Assembly: GCA_963828195.1 (NCBI GenBank)
Contig: CAWHDT010000005.1
Location: 800,001 to 864,000 of the forward strand
DNA: 64,000 nucleotides
DNA from: Candidatus Bathyarchaeota archaeon
GTDB lineage: Archaea > Thermoproteota > Bathyarchaeia > Bathyarchaeales > Bathycorpusculaceae
Reading direction: 5' to 3'
Both the position numbers and the translations under genes were made by a program. Below the pieces are notes generated by a model, which saw nothing but the letters and a program-made list of their open reading frames with translations, was not told the DNA's origin and ran no database searches. Shown piece by piece: positions 31,389-42,100 of this stretch; the first letter of the stretch is position 1, and every line of letters starts with the position of its first letter.

Positions 31389-33026
31389 TTGATGTTTATG
31401 GTACTTAACAAACAAATAAAATTCTTTAACCGAAAGAAGTCTTCAAGTGTTACACAGAGCACGGTCATCGAAGATAATGTCGTGGAGACTTCTGTTTTTT
31501 CGAGCTTAACTGACGGCGCGTCTGGAGCAGAAGTGCAAGCTCCAATTAAAGATGTTACTGTGCTGGAAAGTTACATGCTTAACGCGCCTTACGCTTCTGT
31601 TCAAGTTACACGAGACATTGTTGGAGGCAACGTCAATTATGTTGTGGAAGAACCGAAACTCAGCAAAACTGACCTCGCAAGTCTCGAGCGCTTGAAAGGA
31701 ATTTTAAACGAAACATTAGAGTTTAGACCAAAGGAACTGCAATCAAAGCAGGCCGCTGGAGAATATCTGGTGAAAAAGAGCAATGAAATATTCGATGACT
31801 ACCATTTCAAGTTACCCCCAGACACTAAAGGCAAGTTGCTCTATCATGTTCTCAAAGACAATCTTGGTTTCGGGAAAATAGATGCGTTAATGCATGATCC
31901 GTTAATCGAAGATATTTCCTGCGATGGAGTTAACGTGCCCATTTATATTTGGCACCGAAAATTCGAATCCATTCCGACAAACGTTCTTTTTGAAACCGCT
32001 GAGGAACTTGACACTTATGCATTAAGACTTGCTTACCTCTGCGGGAGCCATGTTTCGATTGCGCAGCCAATGCTTGATGCATCCTTGCCGGATGGCAGCA
32101 GAATTAACCTAACATATGGAAGCGAGGTTACCCGTAAAGGCTCAACTTTTACTATAAGAAAATTCAAGCTTGACCCCTTCACGGTTACAGATCTTGTTTC
32201 TTTTAAGTCTCTCTCGCCCGAGATGGCTGCTTTCTTCTGGTACGCGGTAGAAAACAGAGTTTCGATTTTGGTGGCGGGCGGAATAGCGGCTGGTAAAACG
32301 ACGTTGCTGAATTGCTTGAGCATGTTCATTAAGCCAGATTTGAAGGTTGTCTCCATAGAAGATACCCCTGAACTGAATCTTCCCCATAAAAACTGGATTC
32401 CCGCTGCTACAAGAACCCATTTTGGGCTCGCAACGGAGACTTCGGATATCACCCTTTTCGATCTGCTAAAAGCCGCACTGAGACAGAGACCTGACTATAT
32501 CATTGTGGGTGAAATAAGGGGGGCAGAGGCTTACACGCTTTTTCAAGCAGTAAGTACAGGCCACCTTGGAATGTCTACGGTTCATGCGGAATCGGTTGAG
32601 TCAGCTGTATACAGGTTAGAGTCGGCGCCAATGAATATTCCAAGAACACTTATCGCCGGAATAGACATAATTCTTGTTCAAAAACGAGTCGAATTAAACG
32701 GAAAACCAGTGAGGAAAACGGTTGCCACCTCAGAACTAGTGGGTTTAGATCCGCGTTCTGGAGAAATCTTGACAAATGAAGTTTACAGATGGAACCCCGC
32801 ACAAGACACTTTTGATTTTACTGGTAGAAGTTACATTCTGGAAAAGGTAGCTGAAAAAACAGGCGTAACCCCTGAAGAAGCAAGCGAAGAAATCCAACGC
32901 AGAACTAAAGTGATCCAGTGGCTAGTCAAGAAAAACATTCGGAACTACAAAGAAGTCTCTGGCATAATCCGAAGTTACCTAGAAAACCCCGAGCCCATAT
33001 TAAAGGAGGCTCTAAACAACGAATAA
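31389..33026 (+). CDS. Type IV pilus assembly ATPase (VirB11/FlaI/TadA-like)
   Basis: IEDISCDG, GGIAAGKTT, IEDTPE, LRQRPDYIIVGEIRG, TGH..STVHA. Confidence 0.93.
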   Translation: MMFMVLNKQIKFFNRKKSSSVTQSTVIEDNVVETSVFSSLTDGASGAEVQAPIKDVTVLESYMLNAPYASVQVTRDIVGGNVNYVVEEPKLSKTDLASLERLKGILNETLEFRPKELQSKQAAGEYLVKKSNEIFDDYHFKLPPDTKGKLLYHVLKDNLGFGKIDALMHDPLIEDISCDGVNVPIYIWHRKFESIPTNVLFETAEELDTYALRLAYLCGSHVSIAQPMLDASLPDGSRINLTYGSEVTRKGSTFTIRKFKLDPFTVTDLVSFKSLSPEMAAFFWYAVENRVSILVAGGIAAGKTTLLNCLSMFIKPDLKVVSIEDTPELNLPHKNWIPAATRTHFGLATETSDITLFDLLKAALRQRPDYIIVGEIRGAEAYTLFQAVSTGHLGMSTVHAESVESAVYRLESAPMNIPRTLIAGIDIILVQKRVELNGKPVRKTVATSELVGLDPRSGEILTNEVYRWNPAQDTFDFTGRSYILEKVAEKTGVTPEEASEEIQRRTKVIQWLVKKNIRNYKEVSGIIRSYLENPEPILKEALNNE

Positions 33027-33030
33027 AACG

Positions 33031-33879
33031 TTGCTGAACATATCTCTGAGGGTATTTGACAAGGTTCCGACGAGTTTTCTTTCTTCGTTTACTGGTTTAC
33101 AGCAAAACCTGGCTAAAGCTAACTTGAAGATTACCTTTCAAGTGTACGTGGGATTAATGGTTTTCACTTCATTTCTTTCAGGAATTGCAGCGTTCACGTT
33201 AGCAGCGATTTTGTTGCCTTCAATTTTCCTTGCGGTCCCAGTTGGTTTACTTGTCTTTCTTTCATCATTTGGCATCTGTTACGCTTATCCCCAGCTCGGC
33301 ATCTCTTCAAAAGCAAGAAAAATAGACGCGAACCTTCCGCTAACAGCAAACTTTATGGCCGTTCTCGCCAGTGCCGGTATGCCGCCTGAACGAATTTTTC
33401 GTTCCTTAGCTAACGTTGGAGATGAGTTTGGTTTAGGTGAAGAAATGGGCAGAATAATAGGCGACATTGAATTGTTAGGTTTAGATCTCAATGAAGCCTT
33501 AAAAAAGGGTTCTTTGAGGTCTTCGTCACGAAAGTTTGGTGCGTTGCTTGATGGGGTAGTAGCCACGACTCATGTTGGCGGAGATTTGGCTGCTTATCTG
33601 CGGGAAGCGGCGGACAAGTACAAAAAAGTAAGAATTGCATCGATGAAGAGTTACTTGGAGGGCTTAGCTGGTATGGCTGAAGTCTACGTTAGCTTCATGA
33701 TTGCTCTTCCGCTCGCACTTGTGGTTATGCTCTCGATAATGTCGTTTTTGGGCGGTGGCGCATCATTGTTAGGCAACATAAATCCTCAGATGATACTTTT
33801 GCTCTTAGTGTACGTAATAACGCCAGTGGGCTGCACCGTACTTTTATTGATGATTGATTCGATGACTCCACCGAGGTAA
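33031..33879 (+). CDS. Type II secretion system F / TadC-like membrane platform
   Basis: IDANLP...LASAGMP...DIELLG.D...AL; multiple TM segments. Confidence 0.88.
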   Translation: MLNISLRVFDKVPTSFLSSFTGLQQNLAKANLKITFQVYVGLMVFTSFLSGIAAFTLAAILLPSIFLAVPVGLLVFLSSFGICYAYPQLGISSKARKIDANLPLTANFMAVLASAGMPPERIFRSLANVGDEFGLGEEMGRIIGDIELLGLDLNEALKKGSLRSSSRKFGALLDGVVATTHVGGDLAAYLREAADKYKKVRIASMKSYLEGLAGMAEVYVSFMIALPLALVVMLSIMSFLGGGASLLGNINPQMILLLLVYVITPVGCTVLLLMIDSMTPPR

Positions 33880-33884
33880 CGAAA

Positions 33885-34733
33885 ATGCGGCAAATATCAA
33901 AGAAAACACGGCAGTTCACCGTTGCTGTCTCCATTATATTGATTTTCATAGATGTTATCATATTAGCGGTAATTGACCCAAATATCCTGACAACTTACGC
34001 AAACGAAATTTTTCTAATCGCGCTTCTTATAATCTTAATCCCCTCAGCCATACTTGACTACGAAAATCAAAGATGGATGTCGGCGATAGAGGATCAAATG
34101 CCCCTTTTGGTACGCGGAGTTTCGGAATCTCAGGAAACAGGGTTGACCTTAGTTAAAGCGTTAGAAAAAGTGGTTGACGACAAAATGATTGGGCATCCGC
34201 TCTCAGATGAAGTCAAGAAGTTGACGCTTCAAATGGCTTGGGGCGCATCTTTCGAAACCGCTCTGACTAACTTCAAAGAGAGAGTAAATTCGCCAATAGT
34301 GAACAGGTTCTGCGCTTTAGTGCTTGAGGCCAGTCGTTCAGGAGGCACAATAAAGAAGGTTTTCGCTGCCACGTCGGGTTTCATGGAGGAAATGAAAGAC
34401 ATGGACAAGGAAACCAGCGCCCAGATGAAACCCTACATAGTTGTAATTTACGCGGCTTTTGCCGTCTTTGTCGTTGTCGCGGTCCTTCTTGTGCGGTCTT
34501 TCTTTGCTCCCGTGCAAGGTGCGCCGCAAATCATGGGCCAAGGTGCAGTCGGCAGCATTAGCGGATTGAAAGATTTCTTTTACAAAGACATGCTGGTTTC
34601 TGGGGTTACCGGCGGTTTGATGGCTGGAAAACTTGGAGAGCGGAGAATAACAGGCGGCTTAAAACACGCCATAATTCTAACGGTCGTGGGATATGCGATA
34701 TTTTTCATCGCGATTCCGCCAGTTTGGATGTGA
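33885..34733 (+). CDS. Type II secretion system F / TadC-like membrane platform
   Basis: IEDQMP..VR..SES.ETG.TL..AL, WGASFETAL, SGG. Confidence 0.88.
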   Translation: MRQISKKTRQFTVAVSIILIFIDVIILAVIDPNILTTYANEIFLIALLIILIPSAILDYENQRWMSAIEDQMPLLVRGVSESQETGLTLVKALEKVVDDKMIGHPLSDEVKKLTLQMAWGASFETALTNFKERVNSPIVNRFCALVLEASRSGGTIKKVFAATSGFMEEMKDMDKETSAQMKPYIVVIYAAFAVFVVVAVLLVRSFFAPVQGAPQIMGQGAVGSISGLKDFFYKDMLVSGVTGGLMAGKLGERRITGGLKHAIILTVVGYAIFFIAIPPVWM

Positions 34734-34737
34734 AAAA

Positions 34738-35211
34738 ATGAGAAAGCTTTACAGAAGTAAAAGGGGCCTTTCAACGGTTATTTCAACAATTTTGATGATA
34801 GTGGTCGTTATGGTTGGCATGGCGGTACTGTTTGCCTACGTTACGGTTTACGCTAACAATTACCAGACGGGAACAGGCAGCTCCATTTTGGAGTCCTTGA
34901 CAATAGAGGACGTTTGGATACAAAATTCAAACACGGTGCAGCTTACTGTTTACAATACGGGAACAGCAACAAACTTGGGGACAAATGTTGATCTGACAGT
35001 TGCGGCGATTTACGTAAATGACACTGCGCTAACCACAACTAATTCGTCCTCAGGATCGATTAGCTCCAACGTCTTAGTAGGCGCTGGTGATCATGTTTCG
35101 ATTGATGGTTGGTATTGGTCCTCTGGAGGGTTCCAAAGTGGAAACACTTATGCTTTTAAAATCGTGACCGCGAGGGGTTCAAACTTTGAAGTGCAATACA
35201 CGGATCCTTAA
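34738..35211 (+). CDS. Minor type IV pilin
   Basis: MRKLYRSKRG|LSTVISTILMIVV class III signal; start moved from 34693 to the ATG at 34738. Confidence 0.85.
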   Translation: MRKLYRSKRGLSTVISTILMIVVVMVGMAVLFAYVTVYANNYQTGTGSSILESLTIEDVWIQNSNTVQLTVYNTGTATNLGTNVDLTVAAIYVNDTALTTTNSSSGSISSNVLVGAGDHVSIDGWYWSSGGFQSGNTYAFKIVTARGSNFEVQYTDP

Positions 35212-35230
35212 GATGGAGTGAAACAGTATT

Positions 35231-35713
35231 ATGAAAAGACTCATAAAAAATCGTAAAGGAACAGCTGAAGTAATCGGCACCATGTTGTTCATCGTTATAT
35301 TGTTGTTCTTCTTCACAAACGTCTATCTGTGGCACGATACAGCCACCAAAGATGCAAATCAACTTTTCTTGCAAAAGATTGGTGCGACGTTTAAAATAGA
35401 ACAAAACGATGGGACTATAGTCGTCACAGCTAACGGTGGGTCAGACATCGCTTTATCTAGATTATGGATAATTGATAACACTTTAAACGCGCATTATTAC
35501 GCTGACTTAGGGAACGTGCAGGTGTCAGCGGGAGGGTCTTTCAATATTACTTTTTCAAATGAAGAAAATTATTATAACCCTTCCAGTCCTGTTGGTGTGA
35601 ACCCTCCGCAGGACGGCAGTATGCAAGTTAATTATTATCCGCCTGGTTACTCCATTACAATCGCGGTTATAAACACTCTAGGCGTAGAAGAATCTACCAC
35701 TTTCCAGCCATAA
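35231..35713 (+). CDS. Minor type IV pilin-like protein
   Basis: MKRLIKNRKG|TAEVIGTMLFIVILL class III signal. Confidence 0.8.
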   Translation: MKRLIKNRKGTAEVIGTMLFIVILLFFFTNVYLWHDTATKDANQLFLQKIGATFKIEQNDGTIVVTANGGSDIALSRLWIIDNTLNAHYYADLGNVQVSAGGSFNITFSNEENYYNPSSPVGVNPPQDGSMQVNYYPPGYSITIAVINTLGVEESTTFQP

Positions 35714-35830
35714 ATCATATTTAAATGCCCCTTTAACCTCTTTCAACTTCAGATCATACCTGCCTACATGTTGAATTATTCTCGGTGTCTACTGAGACTG
35801 CGTGAAAATTCTGCTCGTGATTTTTTTTTT

Positions 35831-35873
35831 AAAAAGAAGAAGAAACCCAGAAAATCGTTTTTCTTCTTCTTCC
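35831..35873 (-). repeat. Dispersed intergenic element, copy C (one palindrome, degenerate)
   Basis: AAAAGAAGAAGAAACCCAGAAAATCGTTTTTCTTCTTCTTCC resembles 58067-58106. Confidence 0.7.
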
Positions 35874-36031
35874 AGACCATCCAAGAATTAACATAACAAA
35901 CCGATTGCGGGAAAAGAGCAATTAAGCTAAGATGCTTATTCGTTGGGGCGTATCGCAGGTTTTCACACAGGCTCTATTAGCTCGTCTAGCAATCGGAGGG
36001 CTGATTTGAGCAATGCAGCAACAACGAATTT

Positions 36032-37204
36032 TTATTTTGGCTTTGAGTAGCGTTCCCTGACTTGAACTCTAATCGGGCGGATAACATTTAAACCAGTGAC
36101 TATCCATTCGCCGACTTCTAAGCTGGATAACTGCTCGCCGCCGCCACCAACCATGTTTTTGAGAAACGCCAAATCCTCTGGATCACTAGTTCTCCCGACG
36201 ATTAGGTTTACCATTTTGGATAAAACTTTTCCGCCAAGCTCAATTGGATGAGACGAAATGAGAATAGATGCTATCCCGTTTTTTGCCATTAGTATTTCTT
36301 GAATTGCCTGGATGGGGAGATTTTCTGCATCTTCAACCACCAAAAGAAAAGGCTGCACGTTTTTTTCTCGTCTACTTTTTGCCAAGGTGTTTACAATGTT
36401 TGCGTAGTATTCGCTTTTTTCGCTAAGACTCAAGTTTTCGGCAGTAATTATTGTGACTTGGCGCTCTTTAATTTTCTCAGCTACTTCACTATCATCTTTA
36501 TCAGCGTTGATTATTGCGGTTTGGAACTTGAATGAATAGTTTTTTGCTGGGTTTGAAGCCGTAGCTATTGTGGAGTATTCGTTGTTTGGATCCAAAATGA
36601 CTACAGGCTGGCTGGTTTTGTTGGCAAGCTCCTCGATTATTACTGTGGCCGTGTAGGTTTTTCCTGCTCCATCAAGAGCAGAAATAAGCGTATGCTTGCT
36701 GGTTAGGTCAGCGGCATCTAAATAACAAGTTACTTGCTGATCACTTGTCGTCTCTTGAGAAGCCCCAAAAATTTCGGCTTTGCCCAAATAAAATGGCTGC
36801 GCACAGGCTTTTCCATCGGTCCCTCGGCTGAACACATCTTCCAAAAATGAGGCGTAGGGCATGTAGACGCGGCTGCCCGGATTTGGAGGCACAAGTAGTC
36901 TGCGTAGCGGCTGAGCTTCATTTCTCAGATCGATGTAACCGATTATTTGCGCCACCGCCAACCTTTTGCCTATACGGTCGCCGATGGTTGAGCCTGCAAC
37001 CTCTTCATAACTGGTAATTTCTTTAACCTCAGCAAGCACCTGGCATGGGTCGCCGTACACTGGATGGTTAAGGCAGACTATATCCTGTTTTTCTATAGTT
37101 TCACGATTTTTCGGTGGACTGACCAAAAAGTTGAATTGAGTGGTGTTTGTCTCACTGCTTAGCAACCCAAAATGTTCTTTTATGCGTATGTTCGCTAGAT
37201 CCAT
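36032..37204 (-). CDS. HerA/DUF87-like P-loop ATPase with N-terminal HAS-barrel-like domain (compact)
   Basis: PPNPGSRVY, KHTLISALDGAGKTYTA..IIEEL, ILDPNNEY, LVVEDAEN. Confidence 0.75.
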   Translation of the reverse strand: MDLANIRIKEHFGLLSSETNTTQFNFLVSPPKNRETIEKQDIVCLNHPVYGDPCQVLAEVKEITSYEEVAGSTIGDRIGKRLAVAQIIGYIDLRNEAQPLRRLLVPPNPGSRVYMPYASFLEDVFSRGTDGKACAQPFYLGKAEIFGASQETTSDQQVTCYLDAADLTSKHTLISALDGAGKTYTATVIIEELANKTSQPVVILDPNNEYSTIATASNPAKNYSFKFQTAIINADKDDSEVAEKIKERQVTIITAENLSLSEKSEYYANIVNTLAKSRREKNVQPFLLVVEDAENLPIQAIQEILMAKNGIASILISSHPIELGGKVLSKMVNLIVGRTSDPEDLAFLKNMVGGGGEQLSSLEVGEWIVTGLNVIRPIRVQVRERYSKPK

Positions 37205-37341
37205 AGAGCGCTAACTCCCTAAAATTATGCTTATTAACTTATCCGAGCGGGAGGATTTTAATATATCGGAAGGCAAGCCACCGCTTGGATTCAATTAATG
37301 AATTGGCAAGAATTGATTTTTTGCTGAATAGCTAGCGCTCA

Positions 37342-37472
37342 TTTGGTTGTGGAACAATCCTCCACCCTTCCTTATATACTGCTCGAAGTTACCTAGCTTC
37401 AACTGGAGAGAAGCATTTTAGCGATTACTCTCTCTCCAAAACAGAAAAGGAGAAAAAATTTTTTGCGAAAAA
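37342..37472 (+). repeat. 131-bp perfect inverted repeat, left arm (TATA box, leader, RBS, TTG start)
   Basis: Base-for-base reverse complement of 43599-43729. Contains CTTATATA, AGGAGA and TTGCGAAAAA. Confidence 0.97.
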
Positions 37473-38296
37473 ATATCCGATTTATTTCTTCAAAATCAGG
37501 CGTAACCAGAATGATTGTCATTACGCTAGTTGTAATTATTGCCGTCAGCGGTTTCGTGGCAGCCTTCGCGGCGCTGATGTTACACAAGTCTGCACCCTCG
37601 TCAACACCTAATTCCACTCTTGCACCCACGGCAACGCCTACTTCCTCCCCTCCGCCCTCTGCAAGTCCCACCCCTATTCCAGTAGCAAACCCTTCTGCAT
37701 CACCCACATCTGCGCCAACGCAAGCCCCAACTTCAACGTCGCCAACAACAGCACCGACAGCGGTACCAACAACGGCACCCACCGCGACACCCACTCCGAC
37801 TGCTACACCCACACCAACGCCTACACCCACGCCAATCCCTACGGCAACGCCGACTCCAAATCCTAATTTACACACAGTCAGCTACACAACAATGATGACT
37901 GGAGCCGAGATTGATTATTGGGATACAAGTGCTTCAAGCGGATATACCGCTACATTGCAGGATACAATGACTGTTACAAGCGGGAACCAACAGCTAAGCG
38001 TATGGGCTGAAAGTTCGTTGAATGATGTTAATTCCAATCTTTGGATCTGGAATGTGGAATTTGTGAATAGCACATACTTTCATTATTGGGTAAACACCGG
38101 AGGAGCCAACGGACCAAACGGTTATTTAAGTTGCATAAACGGCGTAGTTTACGTAATTGTAAGCAGCACATCGATAGAGTTTATAGGTGCAACCTCAACC
38201 ACAATAAACACAAGCGTTCAAAGTCTTGTCCAAATTCAAACAATAAACGACGGCGGCAACTTCAACGGTGGAGCGTTAAACATAGGGATACAGTAA
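37463..38296 (+). CDS. Pilin-like surface protein with Pro/Thr-rich linker
   Basis: KSG|VTRMIVITLVVII class III-like signal, (PT)n/TAPT low-complexity stalk, beta-rich C-terminal domain. Confidence 0.75.
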   Translation: MRKNIRFISSKSGVTRMIVITLVVIIAVSGFVAAFAALMLHKSAPSSTPNSTLAPTATPTSSPPPSASPTPIPVANPSASPTSAPTQAPTSTSPTTAPTAVPTTAPTATPTPTATPTPTPTPTPIPTATPTPNPNLHTVSYTTMMTGAEIDYWDTSASSGYTATLQDTMTVTSGNQQLSVWAESSLNDVNSNLWIWNVEFVNSTYFHYWVNTGGANGPNGYLSCINGVVYVIVSSTSIEFIGATSTTINTSVQSLVQIQTINDGGNFNGGALNIGIQ

Positions 38297-39162
38297 ATTT
38301 GTCATAGCTTTCTGCGTTAAGTTCTCCGCTTAATCCTTGTTGCCAGTGGAATTTACTGTCTTGATTGCAGTATCTAAGGTGCACTCTTGGAGCCATGGTC
38401 ACTCTATCCGTTTGCTTTTTCCATTTCTCATTTTCAACGGTTCACTTTCTGGTCGGAGTGACAATGGGACAGATCTATTCGACCTCAAATAGGACACAGT
38501 TAATTACGAATCCGCCACCCTCGATCATGAAGAACCCATGCCAAGGACAGCTCACTAGGCAAGAAGAAGTCCAATTATTAAAGTTCGCCATTAAGCCGCT
38601 CAACAGTTTCTTTTGTGAATAGCCGTTATCCTATTCCATCTTCAATTCCTTATCCGTCAAAAAAATCTTTAAACTTGACTCTCAACTTAGCGCATTACTC
38701 ACTAAGAATGTTTCTTGCATGATCCTCTCTTTAGATGAGCATTTTCCCACTCGCAAAGTTAGTCAAGAGCAAAGCATAATCTGAAGGAGCTCAGCAGATG
38801 GCCTTCAGAGTCCAGGCGGTAACTTTTGATTTAGCATTAGTTTAATTTGTTTTAGCAATATGCTATATCTCCTTCCAGGAGTTATAAAATGGAATTGAAT
38901 ACTTTGTTGGGTTAGTTTTCTGAACAATTGGATAAGCTGATTAAAAAATCCGAGTTAACTTTAGATAATTTGAAGTTTGAGGGGCAAGATTCAATTTAGA
39001 GTATCCTTTTAGCAATCTTTTCCTTTACTTCAAAATGAGTTTGAAACAAGCTCAGAAAAAAATTTGTATTTGCCCCGAAAAATAAACCATTTAAAACTGA
39101 CGATTCTAAATACTAAAAAAATAAAAAATGGGGGAAAGATTAGATAGTACAGTTTACTGGTG

Positions 39163-42100
39163 TTAAACTGTAAATGCATTGCTGTATTGCTTGTTTTGGT
39201 AGCCAGTAATGTATAGTTGGACGCTGCTCGATGGCGATAGTGTGATTGTGACTGAGACCTCCGAAGCGACGCCGTCCCTGAAGGTTATGCTTGTGGAAGA
39301 GGTTATAGTGCCACTGGTGACTGCTAAGGTTTCAGTTCCTGAAAGACTTGTTATCGTGTTTCCATCTTGATCTTCTGCTGTGATCGAGGCAACAGTAAAG
39401 GCGTGACCTGAAGTTTGAGTAGTGCCAATTGTGCTAAAGACGAATTGGTATAGTGCTCCCGGATTAACGGTGAATGTATTGCTTGTTCCGGACTTGCCGC
39501 TGCCACTTGTTGAGATTGAAATAAATGATCCTGCTTTAGTAAGGGTTATTGAAACTGTGCAAACGCCTGCCGTGAACGCACCTGTGGATGTTGGGCTGAT
39601 GGTTCCAGTTGATATGGTCAACGTGTTGGGACCTGCGTAGCTTGTGACTGTGTTGCCGTATTGGTCTTGAGCCGTAATGACTACGTTGAAGGCTGTGCCC
39701 GCAGTTTGAGTGCCAATGTTTCCGCCGCCATTCGCTGTGATTGCAAATTGGGAGAGAGTTCCCGCAGTAACTGTCAAAGATGCAGTTCCTTTAGCTGTTC
39801 CATCAGTAGCCGTAACTGTCCAAGTACCAGCAGTTGCAGAGGTGTAAACGTTGTCGCCAGGATAATAGCTCCATGACCCACCAGCCCCGGAAGTTATGCT
39901 CCACGTAACTGAGGTTGTGACGCTCCATGTGTTCCCGTATGAGTCAGTTGCTGTAGCGGTGTAAGTTTCTGTGTTCCCCGCCGCGATGGATGCCGATGAG
40001 GGAGCCACTGTTATGCCCGCAATAGTAGCAGAATGGTTTACTGTGAATTGGTTGCTCGCTGCATTAATGCCTGAGGCTGTATCTTTGATGGTGATAACAT
40101 CAGTGGTAGTCGCTTTTGTGATTGTAACTGAAGCAGTTAATACTCCAGCATTAAATGAGCCGGTGTATGTGAGTGACCCAGAGGTATCGGTCAATGTGTA
40201 CGGACCAGCATAGCTTGTCAGGACATTACCGTCTTGGTCATACGCGGTTATTGTTATGCTGAATGCTGTGCCTGCTGCCTGAGTTCCGATGTTACCGCCG
40301 TAGCCGCCTGTGGCTGTAAATGTGAAGTCTTTGAGGGTTGGCGCGTAAACAGTGAATGTGTTACTTGTGCCTGGATGTCCGTTTCCGTCATTTGTCGAAA
40401 TTGAGATTGTGCCTGCGGTGTTGAGCGTAACTGAACCGGTCCATACGCCTGCTACAAACGAACCTGTAGTTGTTGGGCTGATGGCGCCTATAGACGCGGT
40501 CAACGTGTTGGTGCCTGTGTAGCTTGTGACTGCATTTCCGTATTGATCAACAGCGGTTATTTTTATGTTGAAAGCTTCGCCTGTTGCCTGAGTGCCAATG
40601 TTGCCGCCGCTGGATGCAGTGATGTTGAAGCCGCTGAGGGTTGGAGAGTAGATAGTGAACTGCGCTGTTCCCGATGTGTACCCAGGAGTAGCGGCTGTGA
40701 GTGTGGGTGTCCCAGCTGTTGTGTCGATGTAGTAGAAATAGTTCTGGCCATAGTAGAATCCATTGCTGACTGTGATTTGTGTGATTTTAGTGTACACGCC
40801 GTTAGCTAAGGTTGCGAAATAGCCGGTGGCAGAAGATGTACTAAGTTGGACCGTGATAGCCGTGCCCCCATAGTGAGCACCGCCCGTAGTTTCTCGTTGC
40901 ACTTGGATTTCGGTTATGCCCTGTCCAACTGGTTCAGTTGCTGTGTTGGGTACGAAGATCAGTTGGTATTGTGTGACGGTGAATGTTGTGACTGCTGATG
41001 TCACTCCTGTCACTCCTGTGGCCGCGGCTGTGAGAGTTGGAGATTCGTATTGTGAATCGCTGAAGTAGAAACTTGCAGAACTCGAACCGGCTGGAATTGT
41101 AATCGTAATCGGGGTAGTTGTTATCTTCGTAGTCGGATTACTATAGAAAGTTGCTGTAGTTGCGGGATTTGACGTCAAGGTAACTGTAACGCCTCCTGTT
41201 CCAGCATTAACCGGGTTCCCATATTGATCTTGCAGTTGAACCGTAATGACGCTGGAAACCGTGTTGATGGGCAATATTTGGCTTGCACCAACGGTGTAGA
41301 CAAGTTGAGTTGCAGCGGCACCGCTAACTGTGAACGCGTTACTTTGCCCAGTCTTGAGTGTGCCTGAATCAGTCGCCGTAATAATGTCACCTGTATAAGC
41401 TGCCGTGATAGTCACCGAACCAATGTAGACACCGTTAGTAAACGAACCTGTATTCGACAGTGTGATTGAGTTGGAAAGGTCACTGAATGTCGCTGGACCA
41501 GTGTAGCTTGTAACTGTGTTGCCATAAGCGTCTTGAGCCGTGATGGTTACAGGGAAAGATGTACCAGCAATCTGCGGACTACTAATAGTACCAAAAGCAA
41601 AGCTTGCTAAAGCGCCTGGATTAACATTGAACTGGCCGCTCTGCCCAGTCGCACTTGAACTTGAATCAGCCACCGTAATAACATCATTTGTCCACGCTTT
41701 CGTAACAGTCACCTGACTAGTCCAAACACCAGCAGTAAAGGTTGCACTCGCCGGACTAACTGAGCCCGAAAGATCAGTTAACGTAGCTGGACCAGTGTAG
41801 GTCGTAATAGTGTTGCCATAAGCGTCTTGAGCCGTAATAGTTACGCTGAAAGATGTACCAGCAATCTGCGGACTACTAATAGCGCTAAAAGCAAAGGTTG
41901 CCAAAGCACCAGGATTAACAGTGAATAGGCCGCTTTGACCAGCCGCACTTGAACTTGAATCAGCCACCGTGATGACGTCGTTCGTCCATGCCTTCGTGAT
42001 AGTCACTTGACCAGTCCAGACTCCATTAGTAAACGCACCAGTACTTATTGGGCCAATTGAGCCAGAAAAATCAGTTAACGTAGCCGAACCAGCGTAGTTT

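Noticed and set aside
30018-35713. Archaellum (fla/arl) operon
   Set aside because: No archaellin-type proteins or FlaF/FlaG are recognisable. Two TadC-like genes and several pilins fit an adhesive type IV pilus better.
37399-37875. 158-aa Gly/Val-rich minus-strand ORF
   Set aside because: It is the antisense shadow of the Pro/Thr repeat in the 37463 pilin-like gene.
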